Counted from the stretch's first letter, positions 33,246-42,468 are shown. The stretch is 64,000 bases of DNA from Deltaproteobacteria bacterium (GCA_034670305.1 JAXMNT010000024.1:1-64000), one strand, 5' to 3'. Program-made: numbers and translations. The notes: generated by a model not told the origin, from the sequence alone.

Positions 33246-34646
33246 ATGGCCAAGCCTGCCCCCCCGACTTCCACCGCCAGAACTGCGACGTTCACCGCCG
33301 CGCTGCGCAGGCCGCATGGCCCACCGCCCGTCACGAAGAACCCGCTCTCGCTGCTCCAGTACATGCGCCGCATGCGCGCGGGTGCGACGACGTTGGTCGG
33401 AGCGCGTTTTGAACGCTACGGCGACCTCTACTACGCGCCGTTCCTCGGCCGGGATGTGTACGTGCTGCGGCACCCCGACCACATCAAAGAGGTGCTCGTC
33501 ACCCAGGCGTCCAAGTTCGGCAAACCCCGCAGTGGCATGACCGCGTCGCAGCTCAACCGCCTGCTCGGCGAAGGCCTGCTCAACGCCAACGGCGACTCGT
33601 GGCGTCGGCGGCGCCGGTTGATTCAGCCCGCGTTTCGACCCGACCGGCTCGCGCACTACGCCAAGACCGTGGCGCGGCTCACCGACGCGCGCATGCAACA
33701 CTGGCGACCTGGGGCGCGCCTCGACATCAGCCGCGAGATGATGGAGTTGACGCTGGCCATCGTGAGCAAGGCGCTCTTCGATCACGAGGTGTCCGGCCAG
33801 ACCGACCGGGTCGCGGTCGCGATGAACTCGTTCCGGGATTCGTTCGGCGGCCTCGAAGCCATCTTCCCGGACTGGGCACCGGTGCCGGGCAAGAAGCGCA
33901 TCCTCGCTGCGATCGCGGAGATCGATGCGATCGTCTACGGCATGATCGATCGACGCGGCGCACGCGATGCCGATGCGGAGGACGCGGGCGATCTTCTGTC
34001 GTCGCTCGTCGCCGCCCGCACGCAGGAAGACGGCCTCTCGCGGGAGGAACTGCGCGACGAGCTGCTCACGCTCTTCATCGCCGGACACGAGACCACCTCG
34101 CACGCATTGAGCTGGACGTTTCACCTGCTCGGGAAGCACCCCAAGATCGCCGAGCGGGTCCGGGAAGAAGCGACCGCACTCGGCCACGCGCCGGGCTGGG
34201 ACGATCTTCCGGCCCTCGCGTACACCAAGCAGGTCCTCGAAGAGTCCATGCGGCTGTACCCGCCGGCCTACGCGGTCCCGCGCGAAGCCATGGAGCCGGC
34301 CGAAGTCGGCGGCTTCACCATTCCGGTCGGCGCCGACGTCGTGGTCTGGGTCTACCACGCGCACCGCGATCCCCGCTGGTTCGCGGAGCCGACCCGCTTC
34401 GACCCGGGCCGCTTCGATGCGGAACGCCGCACGTCGATCCCCCAGTGCGCGTACCTTCCGTTTGGTGCCGGCCAGCGCACCTGCATCGGCAAACAGTTCG
34501 CGATGATGGAAGCGCAGCTCATCCTCGCCCGCATCGCCCAGCAGTGGCGCTTCCGACCGGACCCGAGCCACCGCGTGCAGGCCCACCTCTCGGTCACGAT
34601 GGCGCCGAAGGGCGGCCTCCCGATGTTCGCGGAGCGCGCGCATTGA
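33246..34646 (+). CDS. Cytochrome P450
   Basis: AGHETT I-helix, EESMR (ExxR), FDPGRF, PFGAGQRTCIG haem motif. Confidence 0.95.
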   Translation: MAKPAPPTSTARTATFTAALRRPHGPPPVTKNPLSLLQYMRRMRAGATTLVGARFERYGDLYYAPFLGRDVYVLRHPDHIKEVLVTQASKFGKPRSGMTASQLNRLLGEGLLNANGDSWRRRRRLIQPAFRPDRLAHYAKTVARLTDARMQHWRPGARLDISREMMELTLAIVSKALFDHEVSGQTDRVAVAMNSFRDSFGGLEAIFPDWAPVPGKKRILAAIAEIDAIVYGMIDRRGARDADAEDAGDLLSSLVAARTQEDGLSREELRDELLTLFIAGHETTSHALSWTFHLLGKHPKIAERVREEATALGHAPGWDDLPALAYTKQVLEESMRLYPPAYAVPREAMEPAEVGGFTIPVGADVVVWVYHAHRDPRWFAEPTRFDPGRFDAERRTSIPQCAYLPFGAGQRTCIGKQFAMMEAQLILARIAQQWRFRPDPSHRVQAHLSVTMAPKGGLPMFAERAH

Positions 34647-34700
34647 TCCGGGACTGCGGTCGGCAGGAATGCGCAGGCGCGAAGGGGGCGTTGTAGCCCG

Positions 34701-35333
34701 GTGCTTCATGCGCGAAATGCGGTCGGCGTGGGTTGGTTCGTCCTCTTGTGCGCGTGCAGCCACGAGTGTGGGGCGGACCCGAACGCCCCGTCGCTTTTCG
34801 ACACCGAACCGGAGGTCGAGCTCAGCGACGACTCGTGGTCGGTGGGCGCGCACCGCGTGACCCAGCGCGTCGTGCGCGAGCCGACCTGGAGAGACAACGT
34901 CTACCGGCGGGAGCTCAGGGTCTGGCTCTCGGCGGGGGAGGACCGCACCGCCCGATGGGTCGAACTCGGCCACGTACGCAGCGAACGAAACATCGGCATC
35001 GCGGAGACGACGCCGCCGGCGATCGTGGCGGGCCACCTGGCCGTCTTCGTCGCGTCGACCACGTTCGTGGTGCGCCCGGACGCGGAGGTCGTGCGGGTCG
35101 ATCCGTATGAGGTTGCCGGCTTCGAGGAGCTGACCCTGAACGGACACTACGATCTCCGTTCGCGCCGACTCTTCATCGACGGCACGCGCTGGCGCATCGA
35201 GCTCGAGAGCATCCTGCCAGGGTCGAGCAGCGGGCAGCAGCAGCAGGCCGCCTTGAACGAAGTGCCGCCGCCCATCGTCTTCGAGAGCGACGACGCCGGC
35301 GGCACCTGGCGGGTGGCGTCCGCACCGGATTGA
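34701..35333 (+). CDS. Hypothetical protein, possible lipoprotein
   Basis: FVLLCAC lipobox-like segment; start uncertain. Confidence 0.55.
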   Translation: MLHARNAVGVGWFVLLCACSHECGADPNAPSLFDTEPEVELSDDSWSVGAHRVTQRVVREPTWRDNVYRRELRVWLSAGEDRTARWVELGHVRSERNIGIAETTPPAIVAGHLAVFVASTTFVVRPDAEVVRVDPYEVAGFEELTLNGHYDLRSRRLFIDGTRWRIELESILPGSSSGQQQQAALNEVPPPIVFESDDAGGTWRVASAPD

Positions 35334-35385
35334 CGCGCTCCCCCGTTGCAGCGCCGGAAACGATCGGCTACATCGGTCTCCCCAG

Positions 35386-35462
35386 GGATGCTTAGCTCAG
35401 CTGGATAGAGCGTCGGCCTCCGGAGCCGAAGGTCAGAGGTTCGAATCCTCTAGCATTCGCCA
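35386..35462 (+). tRNA. tRNA-Arg(CCG)
   Basis: Acceptor GGATGCT/AGCATTC, D-arm GCTC/GAGC, anticodon arm TCGGC-CTCCGGA-GCCGA, T-arm AGAGG-TTCGAAT-CCTCT, encoded CCA. Confidence 0.96.
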
Positions 35463-35539
35463 ACACCCTCGCAGTTCCTGACACCCGCTCGCAGCAACCG
35501 GTCTCCCGGATGGGGGCTGCGCGTGTTACCAACCGACGC

Positions 35540-36157
35540 GTGTCTTTGTGCTGTCCGAAGTGTGGGGCGCCGTTCGAGCTTCCGAAGTTTGATCACGGCG
35601 TGCTCGCGTGTGCGTCCTGCGGAACCTGTTCGGTGCGCACCGGCGGGGTACTGGCGGTCACGGGCGCAGCGGCGCCGCTCGCGGACGTGCACAGCCCCCT
35701 CAAGGTGGGACGGCGCGGTACGCTCGGCGGCGAACCAGCCCACGTGCTCGGGCGCACGCAGTTCGACTACGGCGACGGGCGCTGGGAGCAGTGGACGGTG
35801 CGCCTCGACGACGGCCGCACGGTGTGGGTGCAAGAAGACGAGGGCGAGCTGACCTTGCTCGACCAGCAGACGCAAGGGGAGGGGCCGCTGCCCGCCATGC
35901 GCATGGGCGGACAGGTCGCGGTGCTGGGCCAGACGCTCTTCGTCCAAGAGATCGGTGAAGCCATCGTGCACGGGGTGCGCGGCGAGGTGGATCTGGCGTG
36001 GACGCCCCGTCGCGCGCTGCACTACGCGGCTGGGTTCGTCGGCGAACGCCAAGGCATCGCGCTCTTCAGCGAAGGCGCGGTCGTGCTCGCGACCGGGCGG
36101 GCCATCGGCATCGGCGACGTGTCGTTCGGCGTCGGGCAACACGGGGCCGCCCAGTGA
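35540..36157 (+). CDS. Zn-ribbon plus DUF4178-like protein
   Basis: CPKC..CASC; SPLKVG, W.QW, V.GE; start uncertain (35510 or 35540). Confidence 0.7.
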   Translation: MSLCCPKCGAPFELPKFDHGVLACASCGTCSVRTGGVLAVTGAAAPLADVHSPLKVGRRGTLGGEPAHVLGRTQFDYGDGRWEQWTVRLDDGRTVWVQEDEGELTLLDQQTQGEGPLPAMRMGGQVAVLGQTLFVQEIGEAIVHGVRGEVDLAWTPRRALHYAAGFVGERQGIALFSEGAVVLATGRAIGIGDVSFGVGQHGAAQ

Positions 36158-37083
36158 GCGCGCGCGATCTCCAGTGCCCGAAGTGCGGCGCGCCGCTGAA
36201 GGTCCTCGGACCGTTCTCGAAGACGATCGCGTGCGCCTACTGCGAAGCGCAGATCGATCTCACGAGCCCCGAGTTCGCGTTCTACGGCGGGCTCAAGCAG
36301 CCGCCGATCACCGCGCCGCTGAAAGTCGGCCAGACCGGCCAGTTCGGCGGCAAACAGTACGTGGTGGCCGGACACCTGCGGCTCGCCGAGCAGGACTGGT
36401 GGTGGGACGAGTTCCTGCTGCTCGCCGCCGACGGAACCTCCCGCTGGCTCCAGTACGACGACGGCACGTTCTCGTTCTACGACGGGGTCCGGCTGGAGCA
36501 TCCACTCGACCCGATGTCGATCGGCTCGACCTTCCACCTCGGCAAGGTGATGTACCGGGTGCTCGACCGCGGGCGCGCCACCGTCTCCCGCATCGAAGGC
36601 GAGCTCACCTGGAAAGCCAAGGTCGGCGATCCGATGGCGTGGATCGACGCGGTCACCCCCGACGTGGTGGGCGATCCTGCCCGGCCCAAACGGGTCGGGG
36701 TCGAGTGGTCGGTGCACGAGCTCGAACTCTTCGGCAAGACCTCCGTGACCTGGCGCGAGGTCGGCGCGGCATTCGGCATGACGGCCGCGGAACTCGAAGC
36801 CGGCTGCTACCGCTTCGACGACGACGAGGACGACGACGACGACGACGACGAAGGCATCTTCTCGAACAAGACGATGCTGATCGCGGCCGCCCTGTTGATC
36901 TTCGTGGTGCTGCTCTACGCGGCCGCCCAGTTCGGCGGCGACGGCGACGACGACTACGGACAACCCGGTGTCGCCGCGGGCGCCGGAGGTGGCGTCGGCT
37001 ACGGCGGGACCCGCAGCCGTCCCCGCACCAGCTACCGCCGCGGCGGCTACAGCCGCGGCTCAGGATTCTCGTTCGGCAAATGA
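36154..37083 (+). CDS. Zn-ribbon plus DUF4178-like protein with TM helix and Gly/Arg-rich tail
   Basis: CPKC..CAYC; PLKVG, WDEF..WL, IEGEL; poly-Asp, TM helix, RGGYSRGSGFSFGK; GTG overlaps upstream TGA. Confidence 0.78.
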   Translation: MSARDLQCPKCGAPLKVLGPFSKTIACAYCEAQIDLTSPEFAFYGGLKQPPITAPLKVGQTGQFGGKQYVVAGHLRLAEQDWWWDEFLLLAADGTSRWLQYDDGTFSFYDGVRLEHPLDPMSIGSTFHLGKVMYRVLDRGRATVSRIEGELTWKAKVGDPMAWIDAVTPDVVGDPARPKRVGVEWSVHELELFGKTSVTWREVGAAFGMTAAELEAGCYRFDDDEDDDDDDDEGIFSNKTMLIAAALLIFVVLLYAAAQFGGDGDDDYGQPGVAAGAGGGVGYGGTRSRPRTSYRRGGYSRGSGFSFGK

Positions 37084-37481
37084 AAGACGACCCCATGCAT
37101 CGACCCACCCGACCGTCCACCAGTCTGCTTCGACAGCTTCGTGCGGCGCTTCCGCCCGCGGCGACCGTGCCTCTCGCGATGGCCAGCCTGGCGCTGCTGC
37201 TCACGCCCGCCTTCACCCGTGCTCAGGAAGCGGCGGAGACGGTGCACCGGGCCGGCGGCGGGTTCGGCGCGGAGGCGCTGCTCTGGGGCGTGGTGCACAC
37301 GTTCATCTACGGCATCGTCGGCATCGCGCTCGCGGCGCTTGGCACCAAGGTGTTTCAGTGGGTGATGCCGTTCTCGGTGAAGGACGAACTCGAGAAGGAT
37401 CACAACCTGAGCGTTGGCGTGGTGATGGCCGCCATGGTGCTCGGCATCTGCCTCATCGTCGCCGCGACGATCAGCAGCTAG
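37080..37481 (+). CDS. DUF350 (YjfL-like) membrane protein
   Basis: PF...EL..D.N.SVGVV..A..LGI.LIVA motif. Confidence 0.75.
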   Translation: MKDDPMHRPTRPSTSLLRQLRAALPPAATVPLAMASLALLLTPAFTRAQEAAETVHRAGGGFGAEALLWGVVHTFIYGIVGIALAALGTKVFQWVMPFSVKDELEKDHNLSVGVVMAAMVLGICLIVAATISS

Positions 37482-37527
37482 AGCGCATGGCCGCCGACGA
37501 CCTTCGCCCTCGATCCAAGCTGGCCTG

Positions 37528-39144
37528 ATGCCCGGTCCGGCGTCGGCGCGTCGTCGACAGAAACGAGAGCGGCTGGAGTCTTGGGCGCTGCTGACCGCGG
37601 TGCTCGTCGCGTCGGTCAGCGGGATCACCTACGAGCTCTTGCTCGGCACCACCGCGTCGTTCCTGCTCGGCGACACGGTGCGCGAGTGGTCCCTCACCAT
37701 CGGCGTCTTCCTCGCCGCGATGGGACTCGGTTCGTGGCTCTCCCGTTTCGTCGCGCTGCCTGCGACGAAGGACGGTGAAGAAGAGGTCTCGACCCTCGCG
37801 CTGCTCAAGCCGCTCTTGGTCACCGAGATCGGCATGGCGCTGCTCGGCGGGTTCAGTGGGCTCGGCCTCTTCGCGGTCTACGCCTGGGCGGAGCCGATGT
37901 TCCGGCCGGTGTTCTACGTGGTCGTCGCGCTGCTCGGCGGCGGGGTCGGCCTCGAGGTGCCGCTGCTCGCCCGCGCGATCGGACGCTACGGCAACCTGCG
38001 CGAGACCCTCTCGAGCGTGTTCGGCGTGGACTACGGCGGCGCGCTGCTGGCGAGCGTGCTCTTTCCGCTCGTGCTCTACCCGACGCTCGGCGTGGCGCGG
38101 ACCGCGATGGTCGCGAGCCTCTTCAACCTCACCGGCGCGGTGTTGATCGTCGCGACGCTGCGGGTGCCCGCGGGCGGCGACTTCGGCCGCCGGGTGTACC
38201 GGCCGGGTGTGTTCGCGATCCTCTTCGCGATGGTCGCGATCGTGCTCGGGCTCGTCTTCGCGTCGGGCCTCACGCAGCGGGTCGACGACGCGCTCTTCTG
38301 GCCGGAGGAGATCGTCTACGCGGAGCAGAGCGAGTACCAGCGCCTCGCGCTCACCCGGCACCCGGAGGGCGACTCGGTGCAGCTGTACTTGAACGGGCAC
38401 CTGCAGTTCAGCTCGCGCGACGAGGTCCGCTACCACGAGTCCCTCGTGCATGTGCCGGCGGCGCTCGGAACCTCCGCGCCGCGCACCGCGCTCGTGCTCG
38501 GCGGAGGCGACGGACTCGTGGTGCGGGAGCTGCGGCTCCTCGGCGTCTCGGAGATCGTGCTCGTCGATCGCGACCCGATGGTCACCGAGCTCGCCCAGCG
38601 TCATCCGCTTCTGACGGAACTGAACGAAGGCGCGTTCGACGGGGAAGGGCTGACGGTGGTGCACGACGACGCGCTCGAGTGGCTGCGGCACACCGAGGCG
38701 CGCTTCGATCTCATCGTGCTCGATCTGCCCGACCCGTCGACGCCTGGGCTGGCGCGGCTGTACAGCGTGCAGATGTACCGGCTGGTCGCGCACGCGCTCT
38801 CGGACGAAGGCGTCGCGGTGGTGCAGGCGGGCAGCCCCTACTACGCGCGGGAGGCGTACTGGTGCATCGACGCGACGTTGCGGGCGGCGGGGCTGCACAC
38901 GCTGCCGTACCGAACCAACGTGCCCTCGTTCGGAGAGTGGGGCTTCGTCGCCGCGTCGCGCCGCCCAATCGAAGCGCCACACACGTTGCGGCTGCACGAC
39001 CTCGACTACCTGACCGAAGCGGTGTTGCCGACGTTGTTCGTGTTCCCGAACGACATGGCGCGGACGGAGCAAGCACCGCACACGCTGCTGCAGCCAACGC
39101 TGCCGGCGCTGTTCACCGAAGGCTGGCTGCGTCGAGGTTCGTAG
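37528..39144 (+). CDS. speE: Membrane-bound polyamine aminopropyltransferase (spermidine synthase-like)
   Basis: N-terminal TM domain (YELL..T.AS, DY.G.L); LYLNGHLQFSS.DE.RYHE.LVH, LGGGDG, DLPDP, VPSFGEWG. Confidence 0.88.
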   Translation: MPGPASARRRQKRERLESWALLTAVLVASVSGITYELLLGTTASFLLGDTVREWSLTIGVFLAAMGLGSWLSRFVALPATKDGEEEVSTLALLKPLLVTEIGMALLGGFSGLGLFAVYAWAEPMFRPVFYVVVALLGGGVGLEVPLLARAIGRYGNLRETLSSVFGVDYGGALLASVLFPLVLYPTLGVARTAMVASLFNLTGAVLIVATLRVPAGGDFGRRVYRPGVFAILFAMVAIVLGLVFASGLTQRVDDALFWPEEIVYAEQSEYQRLALTRHPEGDSVQLYLNGHLQFSSRDEVRYHESLVHVPAALGTSAPRTALVLGGGDGLVVRELRLLGVSEIVLVDRDPMVTELAQRHPLLTELNEGAFDGEGLTVVHDDALEWLRHTEARFDLIVLDLPDPSTPGLARLYSVQMYRLVAHALSDEGVAVVQAGSPYYAREAYWCIDATLRAAGLHTLPYRTNVPSFGEWGFVAASRRPIEAPHTLRLHDLDYLTEAVLPTLFVFPNDMARTEQAPHTLLQPTLPALFTEGWLRRGS

Positions 39145-39187
39145 GGCCGCGCTGGCTTGCCCGAAGGGCTCTGCCCGCACGGCAGGG

Positions 39188-39352
39188 CCCCTTGCCCCTG
39201 CCCTTGCCCTTGCCCTTGCCCTCGGTTCTGAAGCCCGAATCCGAAGCCGACCCCGAAGCCGATGCCGAAGCCGATGCCGATGCCGATGCCGATGCCGAAG
39301 CCGATGCCGATGCCGAAGCCGATGCCGAAGCCGATGCTGACGCAGATGCCGC
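39188..39352. repeat. Hexamer-repeat element R7: C-cap plus (GCCGAT/GCCGAA)n core
   Basis: Cap 39188-39221; junction GGTTCTGAAGC; core to ~39352. Confidence 0.9.
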
Positions 39353-39379
39353 AAGGGCGCTGGTGGTAGGGTGGCGGGC

Positions 39380-39988
39380 ATGGATCTGGCGGAGCTGTTG
39401 GTCGAGCGGGCGTTTTTGGACGCGGCGGTGCTCGACGAGCTGAGGCATCGCAGCCGGGCGCAGGATCGGCCGCTGGTGGTGCTCATCGTGCAAAGCGGGA
39501 TCATCGAAGAAGAGCTGCTGGCCGAACACGCGGCGCGCGGGCTCGATACGATCTTGCTCGAGCTCGATCGCGGCGAGATGGACGAAGAGACGCTGCAGCT
39601 CTTGCCGGCGGCGATCGCGCGTCGCTACCTCGCGCTTCCGGTCGCGCCGGATCCGGACGGCAAGAGTCTGCGGGTGGCGTTTGCGGATCCCTACGACGAA
39701 GCGGCGGTCGATGCGGTTCGCACCCACACCGGGCTGCAGGTGCAGCCGCTGGTCGCGACGGTGTCGGACCTGCGCACCGCGATCGATCGCGCTTACGGCG
39801 TCGCCGCGGAAGTGACACAGCAGTTGGATCGGCTCGTCGGGCCCGCGACCGCGCCGATGCACCGGCTCGAAGACTCCGCGACGCCGGAGCAGCGGCACCA
39901 GGCCTTGCTGCTCGCGCTCATCGACGCGGGGGTCCTCACGCGAGAAGACTACGTGCAAGCGCTGCTGCGTCTCCTCGGTCGTTCGTGA
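39380..39988 (+). CDS. Stand-alone MshEN/T2SSE_N-like domain protein
   Basis: LAELLV..., LLPAAIARRYLALPV, LRVAFADP; no ATPase domain. Confidence 0.72.
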   Translation: MDLAELLVERAFLDAAVLDELRHRSRAQDRPLVVLIVQSGIIEEELLAEHAARGLDTILLELDRGEMDEETLQLLPAAIARRYLALPVAPDPDGKSLRVAFADPYDEAAVDAVRTHTGLQVQPLVATVSDLRTAIDRAYGVAAEVTQQLDRLVGPATAPMHRLEDSATPEQRHQALLLALIDAGVLTREDYVQALLRLLGRS

Positions 39989-40130
39989 GCACGCTCACAA
40001 AAATGCACGAAGCAGTTGGCAGGTGGCCTTCGGGTCGCGCAGGCTGAACGCACTTACACCAACGGCTGGGGCGCAGCGTTCCGGATGTCAGAGGACCCAT
40101 TTCCATCGGTTTCGTAGGCGCGTCCGCGCC

Positions 40131-40159
40131 TTGACACCCCAGGGGGTGCCCGCTAGCGT
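40131..40159 (+). promoter_or_regulatory. Sigma-70-type promoter
   Basis: TTGACA-17 bp-TAGCGT, ending ~60 nt upstream of ATG 40219. Confidence 0.65.
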
Positions 40160-40218
40160 CCGCCCGCTCTCTCCACCGGCCTTCGGTGGGCTTTGCATGG
40201 ATGTTTGGAGGACTGGTG

Positions 40219-41730
40219 ATGAGGAAGCTGATTGGCTTGATGGCGCTGAGTGCGCTTGCCCTTGGTGGCTGTGGGGACGACGACTCGGGTGTCGTGGATG
40301 CTGGTGGCGACGTGTTGATCATGTTCGACACGGGCGATGATCCCGTCGACACCGGAACGCGACCCGACGTGCCGCGCGCCGACACCGGCGGTACCTGTGG
40401 TGACTTCGGTGCCGCGTGCACGCCCGACCGCGGCTGCGCCCGGTCGACCTACTGTCAGGACCCGCTCGCGGGCGAGATCGGCGGCGCCGCCGACCCGATC
40501 ACCAACCAGCCCCCCGGAACCTCGCTCGCGACGAGCACGTTCCCCGGCGGCTACTGCACCCCGGACGACTTCTCGGGTGCCAGCCTCAACATCTGCGACG
40601 CGGACGATCCCGACGACCCCACCTGTGGTTCGTGCGGCGAGTGTCTGAACTTCGGCCAGGACTCGGTCTGCTTGCTCAGCTGTGCGCCGAGCGCGACCGA
40701 CAACGACATCTGCCGCGACGGGTACGCCTGTCTCCTCGGTGCGGACGTCTGCCTCGGCGGTTGTGTGGCCGACCCGATGGAGATCGAATGCCGCTCGCAC
40801 CGCCGCGACACGAACGGCATCCCCGGCATCCAGACCCGCTTCGACTGCGACCCGATGTTCACCGACGGTGACCCGGCCAACTGTGGCGGCGACATGAGCA
40901 ACTTCGACGAGCTCGTGTACGACACCGAGTCCACCGCGGTCTGCAACCAGGACACCTACCGCTGCGACGAGCCCGGCACCGCCGGCGCCGAAGCCGGTGA
41001 CACCTGTCTCTACGACGACGACTGTGAAGCCGATGGCCGCTGCCTCGACGAGAGCCGCTTCGAGTGGCCCGGCGGGTACTGCTCCAAGGACGGCTGCTCG
41101 GTGGCCGGCATCGACTGCGCCGGCGACGGCGTCTGCGAAGGCCGTGGTCTGAGCACCGACGGCACCTTCACCCTCTGCCTCGAGCCCTGCACCATCACGG
41201 TCGCGGACGACGAGATGCCGGCCACGTGGCTCGGCGACACCGGCGGCTGTCGCGAAGGCTACCAGTGCTTCTGGAACGGTCGTGGCGGCGAAGGCGTCGA
41301 GGGCAACGGCTTCTGCCTCCCCGGCGACTTCAACGAAGTGACCGAAGAGAACGTCGGCGAGCCCTGCGAAGACACCGACGAATGTTGGTCCCCCTTCGGC
41401 CGCGGCCGCTGCTTCACCCCGAACACGGACGACGCCGGCGTCTTCCGCGACGGCTACTGCACGGTCAGCGACTGCGCAGCGCCCGGTGCCCCGGACAACC
41501 TCTGCGGCGAAGGCAACAGCTGTGTGACCCTCGGAACGGACTTCGACGCCTGCGTCGTGAGCTGCACCGAAGGCGACGACTGCCGCAGCGGCTACGGCTG
41601 CATCGACCTGGACGGCATGCCCGGTGGCGAAGCGATCTGCTTCCCCGGCTGTGGCGCCGACGCGGACTGCCCCGGCGCCGAGACCTGCGACATCCCCGCG
41701 GGTGAGACGCAGGGCATCTGTCGCCCCTAA
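40219..41730 (+). CDS. Acidic Cys-rich lipoprotein
   Basis: GGAGG RBS; LALGGC-GDDD lipobox; repeated PGGYC/DGYC modules. Confidence 0.85.
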   Translation: MRKLIGLMALSALALGGCGDDDSGVVDAGGDVLIMFDTGDDPVDTGTRPDVPRADTGGTCGDFGAACTPDRGCARSTYCQDPLAGEIGGAADPITNQPPGTSLATSTFPGGYCTPDDFSGASLNICDADDPDDPTCGSCGECLNFGQDSVCLLSCAPSATDNDICRDGYACLLGADVCLGGCVADPMEIECRSHRRDTNGIPGIQTRFDCDPMFTDGDPANCGGDMSNFDELVYDTESTAVCNQDTYRCDEPGTAGAEAGDTCLYDDDCEADGRCLDESRFEWPGGYCSKDGCSVAGIDCAGDGVCEGRGLSTDGTFTLCLEPCTITVADDEMPATWLGDTGGCREGYQCFWNGRGGEGVEGNGFCLPGDFNEVTEENVGEPCEDTDECWSPFGRGRCFTPNTDDAGVFRDGYCTVSDCAAPGAPDNLCGEGNSCVTLGTDFDACVVSCTEGDDCRSGYGCIDLDGMPGGEAICFPGCGADADCPGAETCDIPAGETQGICRP

Positions 41731-41752
41731 GTCGAACTCGACACTGAATGAG

Positions 41753-41787
41753 AGAGCCTCGGTCTTCGGACCGGGGCTCTTTTGTTT
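41753..41787 (+). terminator. Rho-independent terminator
   Basis: AGAGCCTCGGTC-TTCG-GACCGGGGCTCT followed by TTTGTTT. Confidence 0.85.
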
Positions 41788-41839
41788 CCGTCGCGGGAAG
41801 CGGACGGCGGGGAGCTCGCGGAGGCCGAGGCTTCCGTAC

Positions 41840-42234
41840 GCCGATGCCGATGCCGAAGCCGATGCCGAGGCCGAAGCCGAAGCCGACGCCGACGCCGAAG
41901 CCGAAGCCGACGCCGACGCCGAGGCCGAAGCCGATGCCGAAGCCGATACCGGTGCCGAGGCCGAAGCCGAAGCCGAGGCCGAAGCCGAAGCCGAAGCCGA
42001 CGCCGAAGCCGAGACCGAAGCCGAGGCCGAAGCCGATGCCGGTGCCGAAGCCGACGCCGAAGCCGATGCCGAAGCCGAGGCCGGTGCCGATGCCGAGGCC
42101 GAAGCCGAAGCCGAACCCGAATCCGAAGCCGAAGCGGAAGCGGAAGCGGAAGCGGAAGCGGAAGCGGAAGCACTGGCACGGGCACGGGCAGGGGCACGGG
42201 CACGGGCAAGGGCACGGGGCACGGGCACGGGCAC
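41840..42234. repeat. Hexamer-repeat element R8: (GCCGAN/GCGGAA)n core plus (GGGCAN)n cap
   Basis: Core 41840-42171; G-cap ~42175-42234. Confidence 0.92.
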
Positions 42235-42327
42235 CCGCACCCTCCGGCCGTTTGTTCGCCGACAACGTTGCTTTTGCTTGCGGGGGCGGGGGATGTCCCC
42301 TAAGACGCGCGGTCTGGAGACTTACGG

Positions 42328-42459
42328 ATGTATCTTGCTATCTCGAAGAAGTCGCGGGTCAACAACCGCAAAAAGACCAACCGCCGCAACGCCAAGAACA
42401 AGGCGAAGCAGCGTCGCCGCCGCAATCGGGTCAAGAACCGCCCGATGGGTCGCAAGTAG
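42328..42459 (+). CDS. Small highly basic protein (43 aa), absent from ORF track
   Basis: [50 protein letters not shown]; mostly GC-ending codons; stop 9 nt before next gene. Confidence 0.7.
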   Translation: MYLAISKKSRVNNRKKTNRRNAKNKAKQRRRRNRVKNRPMGRK

Positions 42460-42468
42460 CACCTTCGC

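Noticed and set aside
36817-36852. (GAC)n trinucleotide run as another intergenic repeat
   Set aside because: It lies in frame inside the DUF4178-like CDS and encodes a poly-Asp linker.
35386-39144. Genomic island integrated at tRNA-Arg
   Set aside because: No integrase, no duplicated tRNA 3' end noticed downstream and no obvious compositional shift.
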